The position numbers were made by a program, and so were the translations under genes. From NCBI GenBank assembly GCA_964453135.1, contig CAYVOL010000006.1:1-55387 (forward strand): a stretch of 55,387 nt of DNA, in the 5' to 3' direction. Each line of letters opens with the position of its first letter. Position 1 is the first letter of the stretch. Shown one piece after another: positions 39,905 through 48,213 of this stretch. The notes beneath the pieces were generated by a model that saw only the letters and a program-made list of their open reading frames with translations, ran no database searches and had not been told where the DNA came from. The stretch is from an uncultured Candidatus Saccharibacteria bacterium (GTDB lineage Bacteria > Patescibacteriota > Minisyncoccia > UBA6257 > UBA9933).

Positions 39905-40222
39905 ATGAAGAATACTGACTATATTATAAAAAGTTTGATAAGCGCCTTCGGAACTTTAGTTTATGTGTCAGCCGTAGCGTGGCTGATGATTAACACAAAA
40001 TCAATCTTTGGGAAAGTGCCAGAGCCCAATTTATTCATTCCCATTTTTATGCTGCTGCTTTTTATCATATCAGCAACAGTTACCGGACTTTTAGTTTTAG
40101 GCAAGCCAATTTCCCTGTATCTCGGCGGCTCAAAAAAAGAGGCGATTGTTTTGCTTTCAGCCACCTTGGGCTGGCTTGTCATCTTTCTTGTCGCGGTCGC
40201 AATTGTATTATTATTTCAATAA
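39905..40222 (+). CDS. 3-TM membrane protein
   Basis: Clean hydrophobic ORF. Confidence 0.8.
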   Translation: MKNTDYIIKSLISAFGTLVYVSAVAWLMINTKSIFGKVPEPNLFIPIFMLLLFIISATVTGLLVLGKPISLYLGGSKKEAIVLLSATLGWLVIFLVAVAIVLLFQ

Positions 40223-40276
40223 CTAAAATCCAACTCGCGTCTGCGAAATTCACATCATAAATAGCAATAAAATTTT

Positions 40277-40741
40277 ATGTTCAAAAAATTCTTGATAATT
40301 TTCTTAGGGGTTTGGGCAGTGTGGGGGTTTTGGAATTTTATTTTGCCGGATGCTCAGCGCAATCAGGCTTTGGCTTTGGTATCCGACACCTTGGGCTGGA
40401 AAAAAATGACCATAAGAAATATTTTGGGAACGCGAATTTTACCCGAAAACAAAGAGAAGGCCCGCGAGGCTTTGCTTAAAGAATTAAAAAGTAATTTGGA
40501 AAATATCAAAGCAACAACAAACGCCAGGCAAAAATCTGGGAACGTTGTTTTATATAATTCGCCCGCGTCTTTCAGTTCAACGTCTTCCGCTTCTTCCAGC
40601 AATCAAGCGAATTTGATAAATCGCTCGGAAGAAATTATCGCCCAGCTGGAAAACAATAATCAAGACAATTCCGTTTTAAGCCAGGCAACGAATAAAGTTT
40701 TGGACGCTGTTTTGCCCGGTGGCAATAATTGCGCGAAGTAA
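40277..40741 (+). CDS. membrane-anchored or secreted hypothetical protein
   Basis: N-terminal hydrophobic segment, Ser-rich linker. Confidence 0.75.
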   Translation: MFKKFLIIFLGVWAVWGFWNFILPDAQRNQALALVSDTLGWKKMTIRNILGTRILPENKEKAREALLKELKSNLENIKATTNARQKSGNVVLYNSPASFSSTSSASSSNQANLINRSEEIIAQLENNNQDNSVLSQATNKVLDAVLPGGNNCAK

Positions 40742-40764
40742 ATACTCGCGGTATAATATAATTG

Positions 40765-41379
40765 ATGACGCACCGATTGCCCGAATTAAATTATCCCTAT
40801 AACGCCCTGGAGCCGTTTATTGACGCTCGGACGATGGAAATCCACCATAGCAAGCATCATCAGACCTATGTTGATAAATTGAACGCGGCGCTGAAAAATT
40901 ATCCTGATTTGCAGGAAAAAACTTTAAAAGAATTGGTGGCTAAACCGGAAAATCTTCCGCAGGAAATAAAAACAGCTGTTATCAATAACGGGGGAGGGCA
41001 TTTTAACCATTCTTTTTTCTGGCAGATTATGACGCCGCAAAAAGGAGGAGAACCAAAAGGAATTTTATTGCAGGCAATCAAAAACCAGTTCGGAGATTTT
41101 TCTAAGTTTAAAGAACAATTTTCTCAGGCGGCTTTGAATTTTTTCGGCAGCGGATGGGTATGGCTTGTCGGCGATAAAAGCGGTAAAATAGAAATAATAA
41201 GCACGCAAGGACACAGCACGCCTTTGGCTGAAAATAAAGAGCCGCTGTTGGTGATAGATGTTTGGGAGCACGCCTATTATTTGAAATATCAGAACAGAAA
41301 AGGCGAATATATCGACGCCTGGTGGAATGTGGTAAACTGGGAAGAAGCGGGAAAAAATTACCAAAATACTATTTCGTAA
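40765..41379 (+). CDS. sodA: Fe/Mn superoxide dismutase
   Basis: HHSKHHQTY, GGHFNHSFFW, FGSGW, DVWEHAYY. Confidence 0.96.
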   Translation: MTHRLPELNYPYNALEPFIDARTMEIHHSKHHQTYVDKLNAALKNYPDLQEKTLKELVAKPENLPQEIKTAVINNGGGHFNHSFFWQIMTPQKGGEPKGILLQAIKNQFGDFSKFKEQFSQAALNFFGSGWVWLVGDKSGKIEIISTQGHSTPLAENKEPLLVIDVWEHAYYLKYQNRKGEYIDAWWNVVNWEEAGKNYQNTIS

Positions 41380-41429
41380 AAAATACAAAAATATCCCAAA
41401 GGTCGGCCTAACAGTTTAATCAAAAAACT

Positions 41430-41663
41430 ATGATAAAAAACGTAGGAACAATAGATAGGGTAATCAGAATAGTTTTGGGTTTGATTTTGCTTTACGCGGC
41501 TTGGGCGATGTATAACACCGATTCTCTCGTCTGGGCAATAGTGTCTTTGGTGGTAGGTATTTATGTTTTAATAACCGCTATTACCGGTTCGTGCTTCATT
41601 TATAAAGCTATGGGAGTGAATACCGATACATCTTCTACGCCGCCCTCCAATCCTTCGGTATAA
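41430..41663 (+). CDS. DUF2892 (YgaP-like) membrane protein
   Basis: KNVGTIDRVIR...TAITGSCFIY..MGVNT. Confidence 0.88.
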   Translation: MIKNVGTIDRVIRIVLGLILLYAAWAMYNTDSLVWAIVSLVVGIYVLITAITGSCFIYKAMGVNTDTSSTPPSNPSV

Positions 41664-41685
41664 CTTACTTGAAATTACAAATAGT

Positions 41686-41721
41686 AAAAAAGAACAATCA
41701 GAACAATGATTGTTCTTTTTT
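41686..41721. terminator. probable bidirectional terminator between convergent genes
   Basis: AAAAAAGAACAATCA...TGATTGTTCTTTTTT. Confidence 0.6.
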
Positions 41722-41750
41722 GTTTTCTTCGCCACGCGTTTTATATTTTC

Positions 41751-42353
41751 TCACATTCTTCGCTCCAAAGCCGAGCCAAGCGTTTCTTCGTCGGCAAATT
41801 CTATTTCTCCTCCTGTGGGAATGCCGCGTCCCAGCCGCGTGAATTTTTTAGCCAAGCCGCTTAATTCTTGGGCGATTAAAGAAGCATTCAGGTCGCCGTA
41901 AGTGGTCGGATTGGTGGCGATGATAATTTCTTCGGCTTTGCCCATCAGTTCTTTTTGAATGAAAGTTTTTAAAACATTCAGGCGGAGTTTGGACGCGGCT
42001 TCCAAAATTCCGTTTTTGGTCGGTTCTCCTAATACCAGATAGCGGCCGTTGAATTTTTTTGTTTTTTCTATAGAGATTAGGTCTGTTTCTTTTTCTAATA
42101 TCATCACTAAATCCGCGCGGCGGTTTTTATTGGAGCAGATTTCACAGAGGTTTTTTCCTTCGCCGGAGTAGACAAAAAAACAGCGGGGACATATTTTCAT
42201 ATTTTTCAATTCGGCGACTGCCCGGGAGACTTCTTCCAGATTATTTTTCCCGCTGGAAATAAGATAAAAAGCCAGCCGCGTGGCTTGGCGCGGCCCGATG
42301 GAAGGAAGTTTGGAAAAAACGCTGATAAAATTTCTGATATTTGAAGGAAGCAT
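41751..42353 (-). CDS. recR: recombination mediator RecR
   Basis: LPSIGPRQATRLA, C4 zinc finger, Toprim, GIPTGGEIEFAD. Confidence 0.96.
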   Translation of the reverse strand: MLPSNIRNFISVFSKLPSIGPRQATRLAFYLISSGKNNLEEVSRAVAELKNMKICPRCFFVYSGEGKNLCEICSNKNRRADLVMILEKETDLISIEKTKKFNGRYLVLGEPTKNGILEAASKLRLNVLKTFIQKELMGKAEEIIIATNPTTYGDLNASLIAQELSGLAKKFTRLGRGIPTGGEIEFADEETLGSALERRM

Positions 42354-42433
42354 AAAAATGTATTAAGCGTCAGGCGTCAGTTGAATGCCAAAATGCCGAA
42401 GCGTCTCAAATAATAAACGTTTTAGCACTGAAT

Positions 42434-43789
42434 CTATTCGCTCTGCGGATATTGCGAAGAACCGTGTTCTTTGTCAATCTGGCGGAAGCTTACTTTTTCC
42501 GGGTCAAATTTCAGCTGGGCTGTGCCGGTGGGGCCGTTTCTGTGCTTGGAAATAATGATTTCCGTCATATTCTGCTCTTCTAATGTCGGATTGATTTTGT
42601 CCTTGTCTTTGCGATAGATAAACATCACCACATCCGCGTCTTGTTCCCAGCTGCCGGTTTCTCTCAAATCGGAAAGGCGGGGGATTTTTATTTCCCTTTG
42701 GTCCACGGCTCTGTTTAACTGAGACAAAGCCAAAACAGGCAAATTCATTTCCCGCGCCAGCGATTTCAAGCCGTGGCTTATTTCGGTAAACTGCTGAACA
42801 ATATTTTCCGTTTGCCGCAAAGGAGAAATAAGCTGAACATAGTCAATAATGATAAGCTCCAAAGAATGTTCCATTTTCAAACGGCGCGCCATAGAGCGAA
42901 TTTGAAGGATATTGGGAGAGGGAGCGTCATCTATAAAAATCGGCATCTTGGAAAGGCGATCCAAAGCGTGCTGAATCATTTCAAAATCTAAATCGTCGGT
43001 TAAGCGGCCGGTGCGCAGGCGCCACAAAGCCACTTGCGCCTCCGCGGCTATCAAGCGGTCAATAATTTGCTCCTTGGACATTTCTATGGAAAAAATTGCT
43101 GTGGCGTGTCCGGCTTTGGCGACATTTCTGGCAATGTCTAAAACAAAAGCGGTTTTTCCCACTGACGGCCGGGCTCCCAAAATTATCAAATCAGATTTCT
43201 GAAGTCCGGAAAGATAATAATCAATATCAGTGAAGCCGGTTAAAACTTTGCCCACTTCTTTTTCTCCCTGATGTATTTTCTCTATTCTTTCGTAAGCTTC
43301 CGCTAAGTGGTCTTTGATGGGGGTAAAAGTGGGAATGCGCGATTTCTGGCTGATGGAAAAAATCTTTTGTTCAATTTTATCCAGAAGGGATTCGCCGCTT
43401 TCCGGATTTTCAAAAACATCGTCGGTTATTTCCGCCGAAGTGTTAAGAAGATCGCGCAGGACTTTTTTTTGCCTCACGATATTGCTGTAGTGTTCAATAT
43501 GGGCGGCGGATGGAACAAAATTTATTAACTCCGAAAGATAGGAAGAACCGCCTGCTTCGTTAAGTTCGTTTTTATGTTTTAATTTATTAGTGACCGTTAA
43601 AATATCAATGGGCTCGTTTTTGGAAAATAGTTCTATAATAGTCCCATATATTTTTTGATGGGCCGGCGTGTAAAAATCGGCGGCGCTTAAGGTGTCCGCT
43701 ACTTTTATAATAGAGTTTTTGGAGAGCATCAGGGCTCCCAAAACTGATTTTTCCGCGTCCAAATCTTGAGGAGGAAGCTTAACTTTCAT
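42434..43789 (-). CDS. dnaB: replicative DNA helicase DnaB
   Basis: PPQDLDAEKSVLG, ARPSVGKT, IDYVQL, LSQLNR, SDLRETGSWEQDAD, KHRNGP. Confidence 0.98.
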   Translation of the reverse strand: MKVKLPPQDLDAEKSVLGALMLSKNSIIKVADTLSAADFYTPAHQKIYGTIIELFSKNEPIDILTVTNKLKHKNELNEAGGSSYLSELINFVPSAAHIEHYSNIVRQKKVLRDLLNTSAEITDDVFENPESGESLLDKIEQKIFSISQKSRIPTFTPIKDHLAEAYERIEKIHQGEKEVGKVLTGFTDIDYYLSGLQKSDLIILGARPSVGKTAFVLDIARNVAKAGHATAIFSIEMSKEQIIDRLIAAEAQVALWRLRTGRLTDDLDFEMIQHALDRLSKMPIFIDDAPSPNILQIRSMARRLKMEHSLELIIIDYVQLISPLRQTENIVQQFTEISHGLKSLAREMNLPVLALSQLNRAVDQREIKIPRLSDLRETGSWEQDADVVMFIYRKDKDKINPTLEEQNMTEIIISKHRNGPTGTAQLKFDPEKVSFRQIDKEHGSSQYPQSE

Positions 43790-43880
43790 GACTTTATCCT
43801 ACCCGCTTTTAAGCAATTTGACAACCAACTTCATAGGACAACCTGTTGATTTTTTGCCGAAAATGCCATTTAATATCATT

Positions 43881-44486
43881 ATGTTAAGGCGCGTTTTTTC
43901 CTGGATGCCCAAAAAAGTTTTGATTTTTCTCGCCGCTTTGATAGTTCTTTTAATCGGCGTTTTCGCCGCCTCCTTGTTTTTAGCGGGAAAAGAAAATGTT
44001 CCAGCAGATTTCATCAGCGCGCGCAATTCTTCTTCTTTGATAGCCAAGGATATTGTGGAAATTAACAATAATCTTGCCAAAGATTTAGCCGATGTTTCCA
44101 AGGCTTCCGCCGATGAACGTTACGACGACGCTTTGAATATGATCGTGAAAGATATTGACCAGAATAGAAAAGCCAGACAAAAAGCCGTGGCTTTGTCCGC
44201 CAATCTTGAGATAATGATAAAAAATACCGATAAAATTTATCCCGAAAATCTGGCCCGCCAGGCGCTGGAGGCGATTAGCGCTGAAACAACTTTGATTAGC
44301 CATCTGATTACTTACAATGATTACCTTTATCAGCTTTTGGATATTTTGCGCGACGGGCTTTTAGACAAGCAAATTTCGCAGAAACAAGTTGTTTCTTTGG
44401 CGGATAAAATCAACACTGAGGCGCGCGCGGTAAACGATATCAATAATCGCTTTAACGATTTGATGAAAAAATTCGACGGAGAATAA
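43881..44486 (+). CDS. membrane-anchored helical hypothetical protein
   Basis: Single TM then coiled coil; start uncertain (43881 avoids overlap with dnaB). Confidence 0.75.
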   Translation: MLRRVFSWMPKKVLIFLAALIVLLIGVFAASLFLAGKENVPADFISARNSSSLIAKDIVEINNNLAKDLADVSKASADERYDDALNMIVKDIDQNRKARQKAVALSANLEIMIKNTDKIYPENLARQALEAISAETTLISHLITYNDYLYQLLDILRDGLLDKQISQKQVVSLADKINTEARAVNDINNRFNDLMKKFDGE

Positions 44487-44525
44487 AAGGGATTGATGCC
44501 AATGAGCTTGAAATCGGTCTTTCGT

Positions 44526-44600
44526 CGGGACGTAGTATATCGGCTAGTATGCATGCTTTGGGAGCATGAGGGCTGGGTTCGACTCCCGGCGTCCCGACCA
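44526..44600 (+). tRNA. tRNA-Pro(TGG)
   Basis: CGGGACG/CGTCCCG-A-CCA, anticodon arm CATGC-TTTGGGA-GCATG. Confidence 0.94.
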
Positions 44601-44749
44601 GTTTTCAAAAAAATACATTCCTCTATCTTCGCCATTGCGGGAAAACCGGCGCAATCGCAATAGAATATATCTTTACTGAATAAAGCCGTCGGGCATGAGT
44701 AAGGATATAGGAATAAAGGTCGAGAAAATAATCAATCAATTTATTTCTT

Positions 44750-44935
44750 ATGGAGAAAAAAAGAAAGGTAGCTGATTGCCGACGCATGCCGAGCGAAAAA
44801 AATTGTACCCTGACTATTGCCGGAACAGAAGAAGAAGTTATAAAAGTCGCCGTGCGCCACGCCGTTGAAGACCATGGCCACAAGGACACGCCCGAACTCC
44901 GTGAAGAAATCAGAAAAAGTTTGGCAGATGAATAA
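44750..44935 (+). CDS. DUF1059-like small metal-binding protein
   Basis: ADCR..PSEKNC.L.IAG.EEEV...AVRHAVEDHGH. Confidence 0.85.
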   Translation: MEKKRKVADCRRMPSEKNCTLTIAGTEEEVIKVAVRHAVEDHGHKDTPELREEIRKSLADE

Positions 44936-44984
44936 TAGTCCTGCCGCGAAACGCGTCTAAAACCCCGGGGCGCCCGGGGTTGAT

Positions 44985-45056
44985 GTCCCCATAGTTAAAC
45001 GGATAGAACGGCTCCCTTCTAAGGAGCAGATCGAGGTTCGATTCCTCGTGGGGACG
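44985..45056 (+). tRNA. tRNA-Arg(TCT)
   Basis: GTCCCCA/TGGGGAC, anticodon arm GCTCC-CTTCTAA-GGAGC. Confidence 0.93.
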
Positions 45057-45227
45057 CAAGTGCGGACACAAGCCAGTCAACTGCTGCGCCAATTGACTAG
45101 GTATGCCCCTCGCAAGATTCTGTTCAAAATAACAATTTTGTGATTTAATGTTAGCAGTACGGTTATTGTGATTATTATAAGTTAATCGCGCGTTTAACCG
45201 AATAAAATCAGAAAGGAGGCAGTCTCA

Positions 45228-45752
45228 ATGATACTATTATTGGCAATTGTGTTCCTGTGGTTTGTTTTCTGGTATCTGTTTGCCGCGCTCTATACTTTTC
45301 TTGCCGGCGGCAATGCCGTGAGTTTCTGGCTAACAATGTTTATCACTCCGCTGGCGGCGTTTCTTCTTTTCTTCGTTTACACACTCTTGGAGGCGAACGT
45401 TTACGATCCGAGTCATTCCAAGAAAAAAATAAGCGGAAAAGTATTTTGGGCAGTCGCGGTTTATTTCTTCCTTCCGGCCATCCTAAACGGCACATCGCTT
45501 GTTCTAAAGAACCTTGGATATGATACGGCTGGCCATTATGTTTTCCGGTATCGCTATGTTAGCTTACTGGTCGCGCCGCTGTTTCTTGAAATCTGCGCTG
45601 TTGTATTCGAACGATTTAACGGCGCTATGGCTTCATCAACCATTGCTGAATCAGGAATAGCCAACGCTATCGCCGCGCGCGGGAAACAAAAAAACGTCCC
45701 GACAACTGCCGGTTCTTCCCCGTCCAACTCTGCGGACGGACAAATTCCCTAA
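45228..45752 (+). CDS. 4-TM hypothetical membrane protein
   Basis: AAGGAGG SD, hydrophobic segments, own terminator. Confidence 0.75.
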   Translation: MILLLAIVFLWFVFWYLFAALYTFLAGGNAVSFWLTMFITPLAAFLLFFVYTLLEANVYDPSHSKKKISGKVFWAVAVYFFLPAILNGTSLVLKNLGYDTAGHYVFRYRYVSLLVAPLFLEICAVVFERFNGAMASSTIAESGIANAIAARGKQKNVPTTAGSSPSNSADGQIP

Positions 45753-45798
45753 GCCTCCCTGATAGCGCCAATGCTGTCAGGGAGGCAATTTCATTTTA
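45753..45798 (+). terminator. intrinsic terminator
   Basis: GCCTCCCTGATAGC...GCTGTCAGGGAGGC. Confidence 0.65.
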
Positions 45799-45939
45799 TC
45801 CACCTTGACATTTGAGAAAGAAATTTTATCATAAAAATTATCTTGATAATTTCAAAATATTCCTTCAAAAATTAAGTTGAAGATAGCCGAAGAATTTCTA
45901 TGGATAGGCGCTGAATTATCCATTGAGTAAAAATAAGAA

Positions 45940-46302
45940 ATGAAAAATTCTTTTTTGGGTAAACACCTTATTGTTGACGCTTACGGGATAGAAGAGAAAA
46001 GACTGAAAGACAGGCGAGCAGTGGTAAATTTACTTAAAAGTCTTCCGGGAAAATTTAATATGCGTCTTTTGGGAAACGTAGTGGTGAAAAAGGTTGCTTC
46101 CGATTCTCACCCTAACTGGGGGTTGTCCGGCTTCGTCATGCTTTACGAAAGCCACATCTCTTTTCACACCTGGCCGGAAAAAGGATATGTGGCAATGGAT
46201 ATTTATTCCTGTAATGACTTCGACCACGAAGCGGTCAAAAAACATCTTCGGGAATTCTGGAAAACCAAGAAAATGAAAGCGAAAACGGTGATTAGGGGAT
46301 AA
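45940..46302 (+). CDS. speD: S-adenosylmethionine decarboxylase proenzyme (class 1B, pyruvoyl)
   Basis: GKHLIVD, GLSG...ESHISFHTWPE, DIYSC. Confidence 0.85.
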   Translation: MKNSFLGKHLIVDAYGIEEKRLKDRRAVVNLLKSLPGKFNMRLLGNVVVKKVASDSHPNWGLSGFVMLYESHISFHTWPEKGYVAMDIYSCNDFDHEAVKKHLREFWKTKKMKAKTVIRG

Positions 46303-46464
46303 ACTGCCAAGATCAGTCCCAATCCTTATTACTGTAAATCAAATAATTTACTCAAATCTCCTTAAATTTGAACCTCGCTTCTCGCCGCATTAAAGAAAAA
46401 CGGTGATTGCAAAATTACTTGATATTTTCTATAATTTCCAAAGAACAACCGCAGGAATTAATAC

Positions 46465-46536
46465 GCCGCGGTAGCTCAGTGGTAGAGCGCATCCCTGAAG
46501 AGGATGGCGTCGGGTGTTCGATTCACCCCCGCGGCA
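46465..46536 (+). tRNA. tRNA-Phe(GAA)
   Basis: GCCGCGG/CCGCGGC, anticodon arm CATCC-CTGAAGA-GGATG. Confidence 0.94.
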
Positions 46537-46622
46537 CAGAAGTTCTTATTTAGCCAGAAAATTGTTAAAAGGTTGATTGACCGCAAAAATTAAAAGGTCG
46601 ATTAATAAAATTTTTATTAATT

Positions 46623-46874
46623 ATGGCGGATAAGGAAATCGGAAAAGTAATTCATTATTATGGCAAAGCGATGGTGGCAGTGGTGAAACTTTCCGGAGAC
46701 GTCAAAGTGGGCGACGAAGTGAAATTTGTCCACCAGGATAATGAATTCACGGAAAAAATTGAATCAATAGAGGTGGATCATAAAAGAATCAAGTCAGCCA
46801 AAAAAGGAGACGAAGTGGCGGTTAAGGTAAATCAGAAAACTCACGAACACGCGGCGGTTTATAAAGTTGTGTAG
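46623..46874 (+). CDS. small beta-barrel protein (EF-Tu domain II / U32 C-terminal-like)
   Basis: IGKVIHYY..AMVAVV, VGD, IESIEVDH, GDEVAVK. Confidence 0.8.
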   Translation: MADKEIGKVIHYYGKAMVAVVKLSGDVKVGDEVKFVHQDNEFTEKIESIEVDHKRIKSAKKGDEVAVKVNQKTHEHAAVYKVV

Positions 46875-46980
46875 AATTGATAGATTGGCAACATTCAGCG
46901 CATTTATATAAAAACATTATATAATAATGGATTGTTGTTTTGCGCTTTATATTTCAAGAATAATATTTCAAGTTTTATAT

Positions 46981-47053
46981 GGTGGCCATAGTTCAGCGGC
47001 AGAACGCCTGGTTGTGGCCCAGGAGGTCGAGGGTTCAAATCCCTCTGGTCACC
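46981..47053 (+). tRNA. tRNA-His(GTG)
   Basis: G-1/C73, anticodon arm CCTGG-TTGTGGC-CCAGG. Confidence 0.94.
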
Positions 47054-47221
47054 CAATTAAATTTAGACAATTTTATATTTCACGCCCCGCGTTTTTTATT
47101 TGTAAAAACCGGCCTTTTATTTCGTTTTCCACTTTAATCAATCGGGAAAATCTGGTATCCTTCTTATTAGATTAGAAGGTTGTTTTTTAAGGTGCGCCCA
47201 AAATTTAAGAAAATAAATAAT

Positions 47222-48193
47222 ATGATAGTAGAAAAAATTTTAAAAGAATTAACCCCGGAGAGAATAAAAAAAGAAATTGAAATGGTAAAAAGGGTTAAAT
47301 TTTCTCCTGAGCTACAAAAATGGATACAGGGATATGAGAAAGTGGGAAGAAGAGAAGGATTTACATGGAAACTCCTTTTAAATAAAAGTTCTAAAGTTAA
47401 TTACATATCCGCGCCAAAAATTTATAAAGAATCATTTCTCGAAGTTAAATTCTTGATAGCCATGTTCATAATTTTATTAGACGATGTAGCTGATGTCAGC
47501 CAGAATAAAAAATTATTGAATGAACTGCTAAAAATCCCCTTTAGGAAAGCGCACATCAAATCAGACAAATTAAATAAAAAAGAAAAAGCATATTTAAATT
47601 TTACATTAAAAGTGTGGCGCAGGATAGAAAAAATAATCAGAAAGTATCCGGGATATGGAAAACTTAAAGAAGTTTTTGAATATGACGTCAACCAGATAAT
47701 GAATGCCATAGAATATGACCATCTCGTTCACGATAATCGTTATTTAATAAACAAAACGGAATTTTGGTTATACCCCCCCCAAACTATGCAATGCATTACC
47801 GGAGTCAGTATTGATTTAATGCTTTCCCGTAGTCACAGTGAATTAAGTGTAATAAGAAAAGTCGCATGGGAATCTAATAAAATGGCGCGAATGGGCAATT
47901 GGATTAGTACCTGGGAAGAAGAAATAAAAAACAATGATTTTTCCAGCGGAGTTTTTGCCATTGCTGTAGACTCAAACATACTTACAGCCGAGGAACTCAC
48001 CAAAAATAATGCGCGCGAAATTATCGGGAAGATAAAAAAATCAAAAATTGAAAACATTCTATTAAAAGAATGGGAAGATTCTTATCAAAGGATTTTTAAA
48101 TTAAGAGAAAAAATAAAAACAATAAACGTCCCGAAGCTCTTATCCGGCCTGGAAGAACTGCTTATAATTGAAATAAGCAGAAAAAAGACATAA
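47222..48193 (+). CDS. class I terpene synthase / isoprenoid-synthase-fold protein
   Basis: LLDDVAD (DDxxD) and RMGNWISTWEEE (NSE/DTE-like N-x-I-x-T-x-x-x-E); helical-looking sequence. Confidence 0.6.
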   Translation: MIVEKILKELTPERIKKEIEMVKRVKFSPELQKWIQGYEKVGRREGFTWKLLLNKSSKVNYISAPKIYKESFLEVKFLIAMFIILLDDVADVSQNKKLLNELLKIPFRKAHIKSDKLNKKEKAYLNFTLKVWRRIEKIIRKYPGYGKLKEVFEYDVNQIMNAIEYDHLVHDNRYLINKTEFWLYPPQTMQCITGVSIDLMLSRSHSELSVIRKVAWESNKMARMGNWISTWEEEIKNNDFSSGVFAIAVDSNILTAEELTKNNAREIIGKIKKSKIENILLKEWEDSYQRIFKLREKIKTINVPKLLSGLEELLIIEISRKKT

Positions 48194-48213
48194 ATGTTTG
48201 ATAAATTTCTTAT

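Noticed and set aside
38089-45106. GACTAGGTATG present at about 38089 and 45096 upstream of membrane-protein genes
   Set aside because: Only two 11-nt copies at different distances from the starts; could be chance.
46927-47175. 82-aa ORF; likewise 44910..45092 and 44330..44635 on the minus strand
   Set aside because: They overlap tRNA-His, tRNA-Arg and tRNA-Pro respectively and are shadow ORFs.
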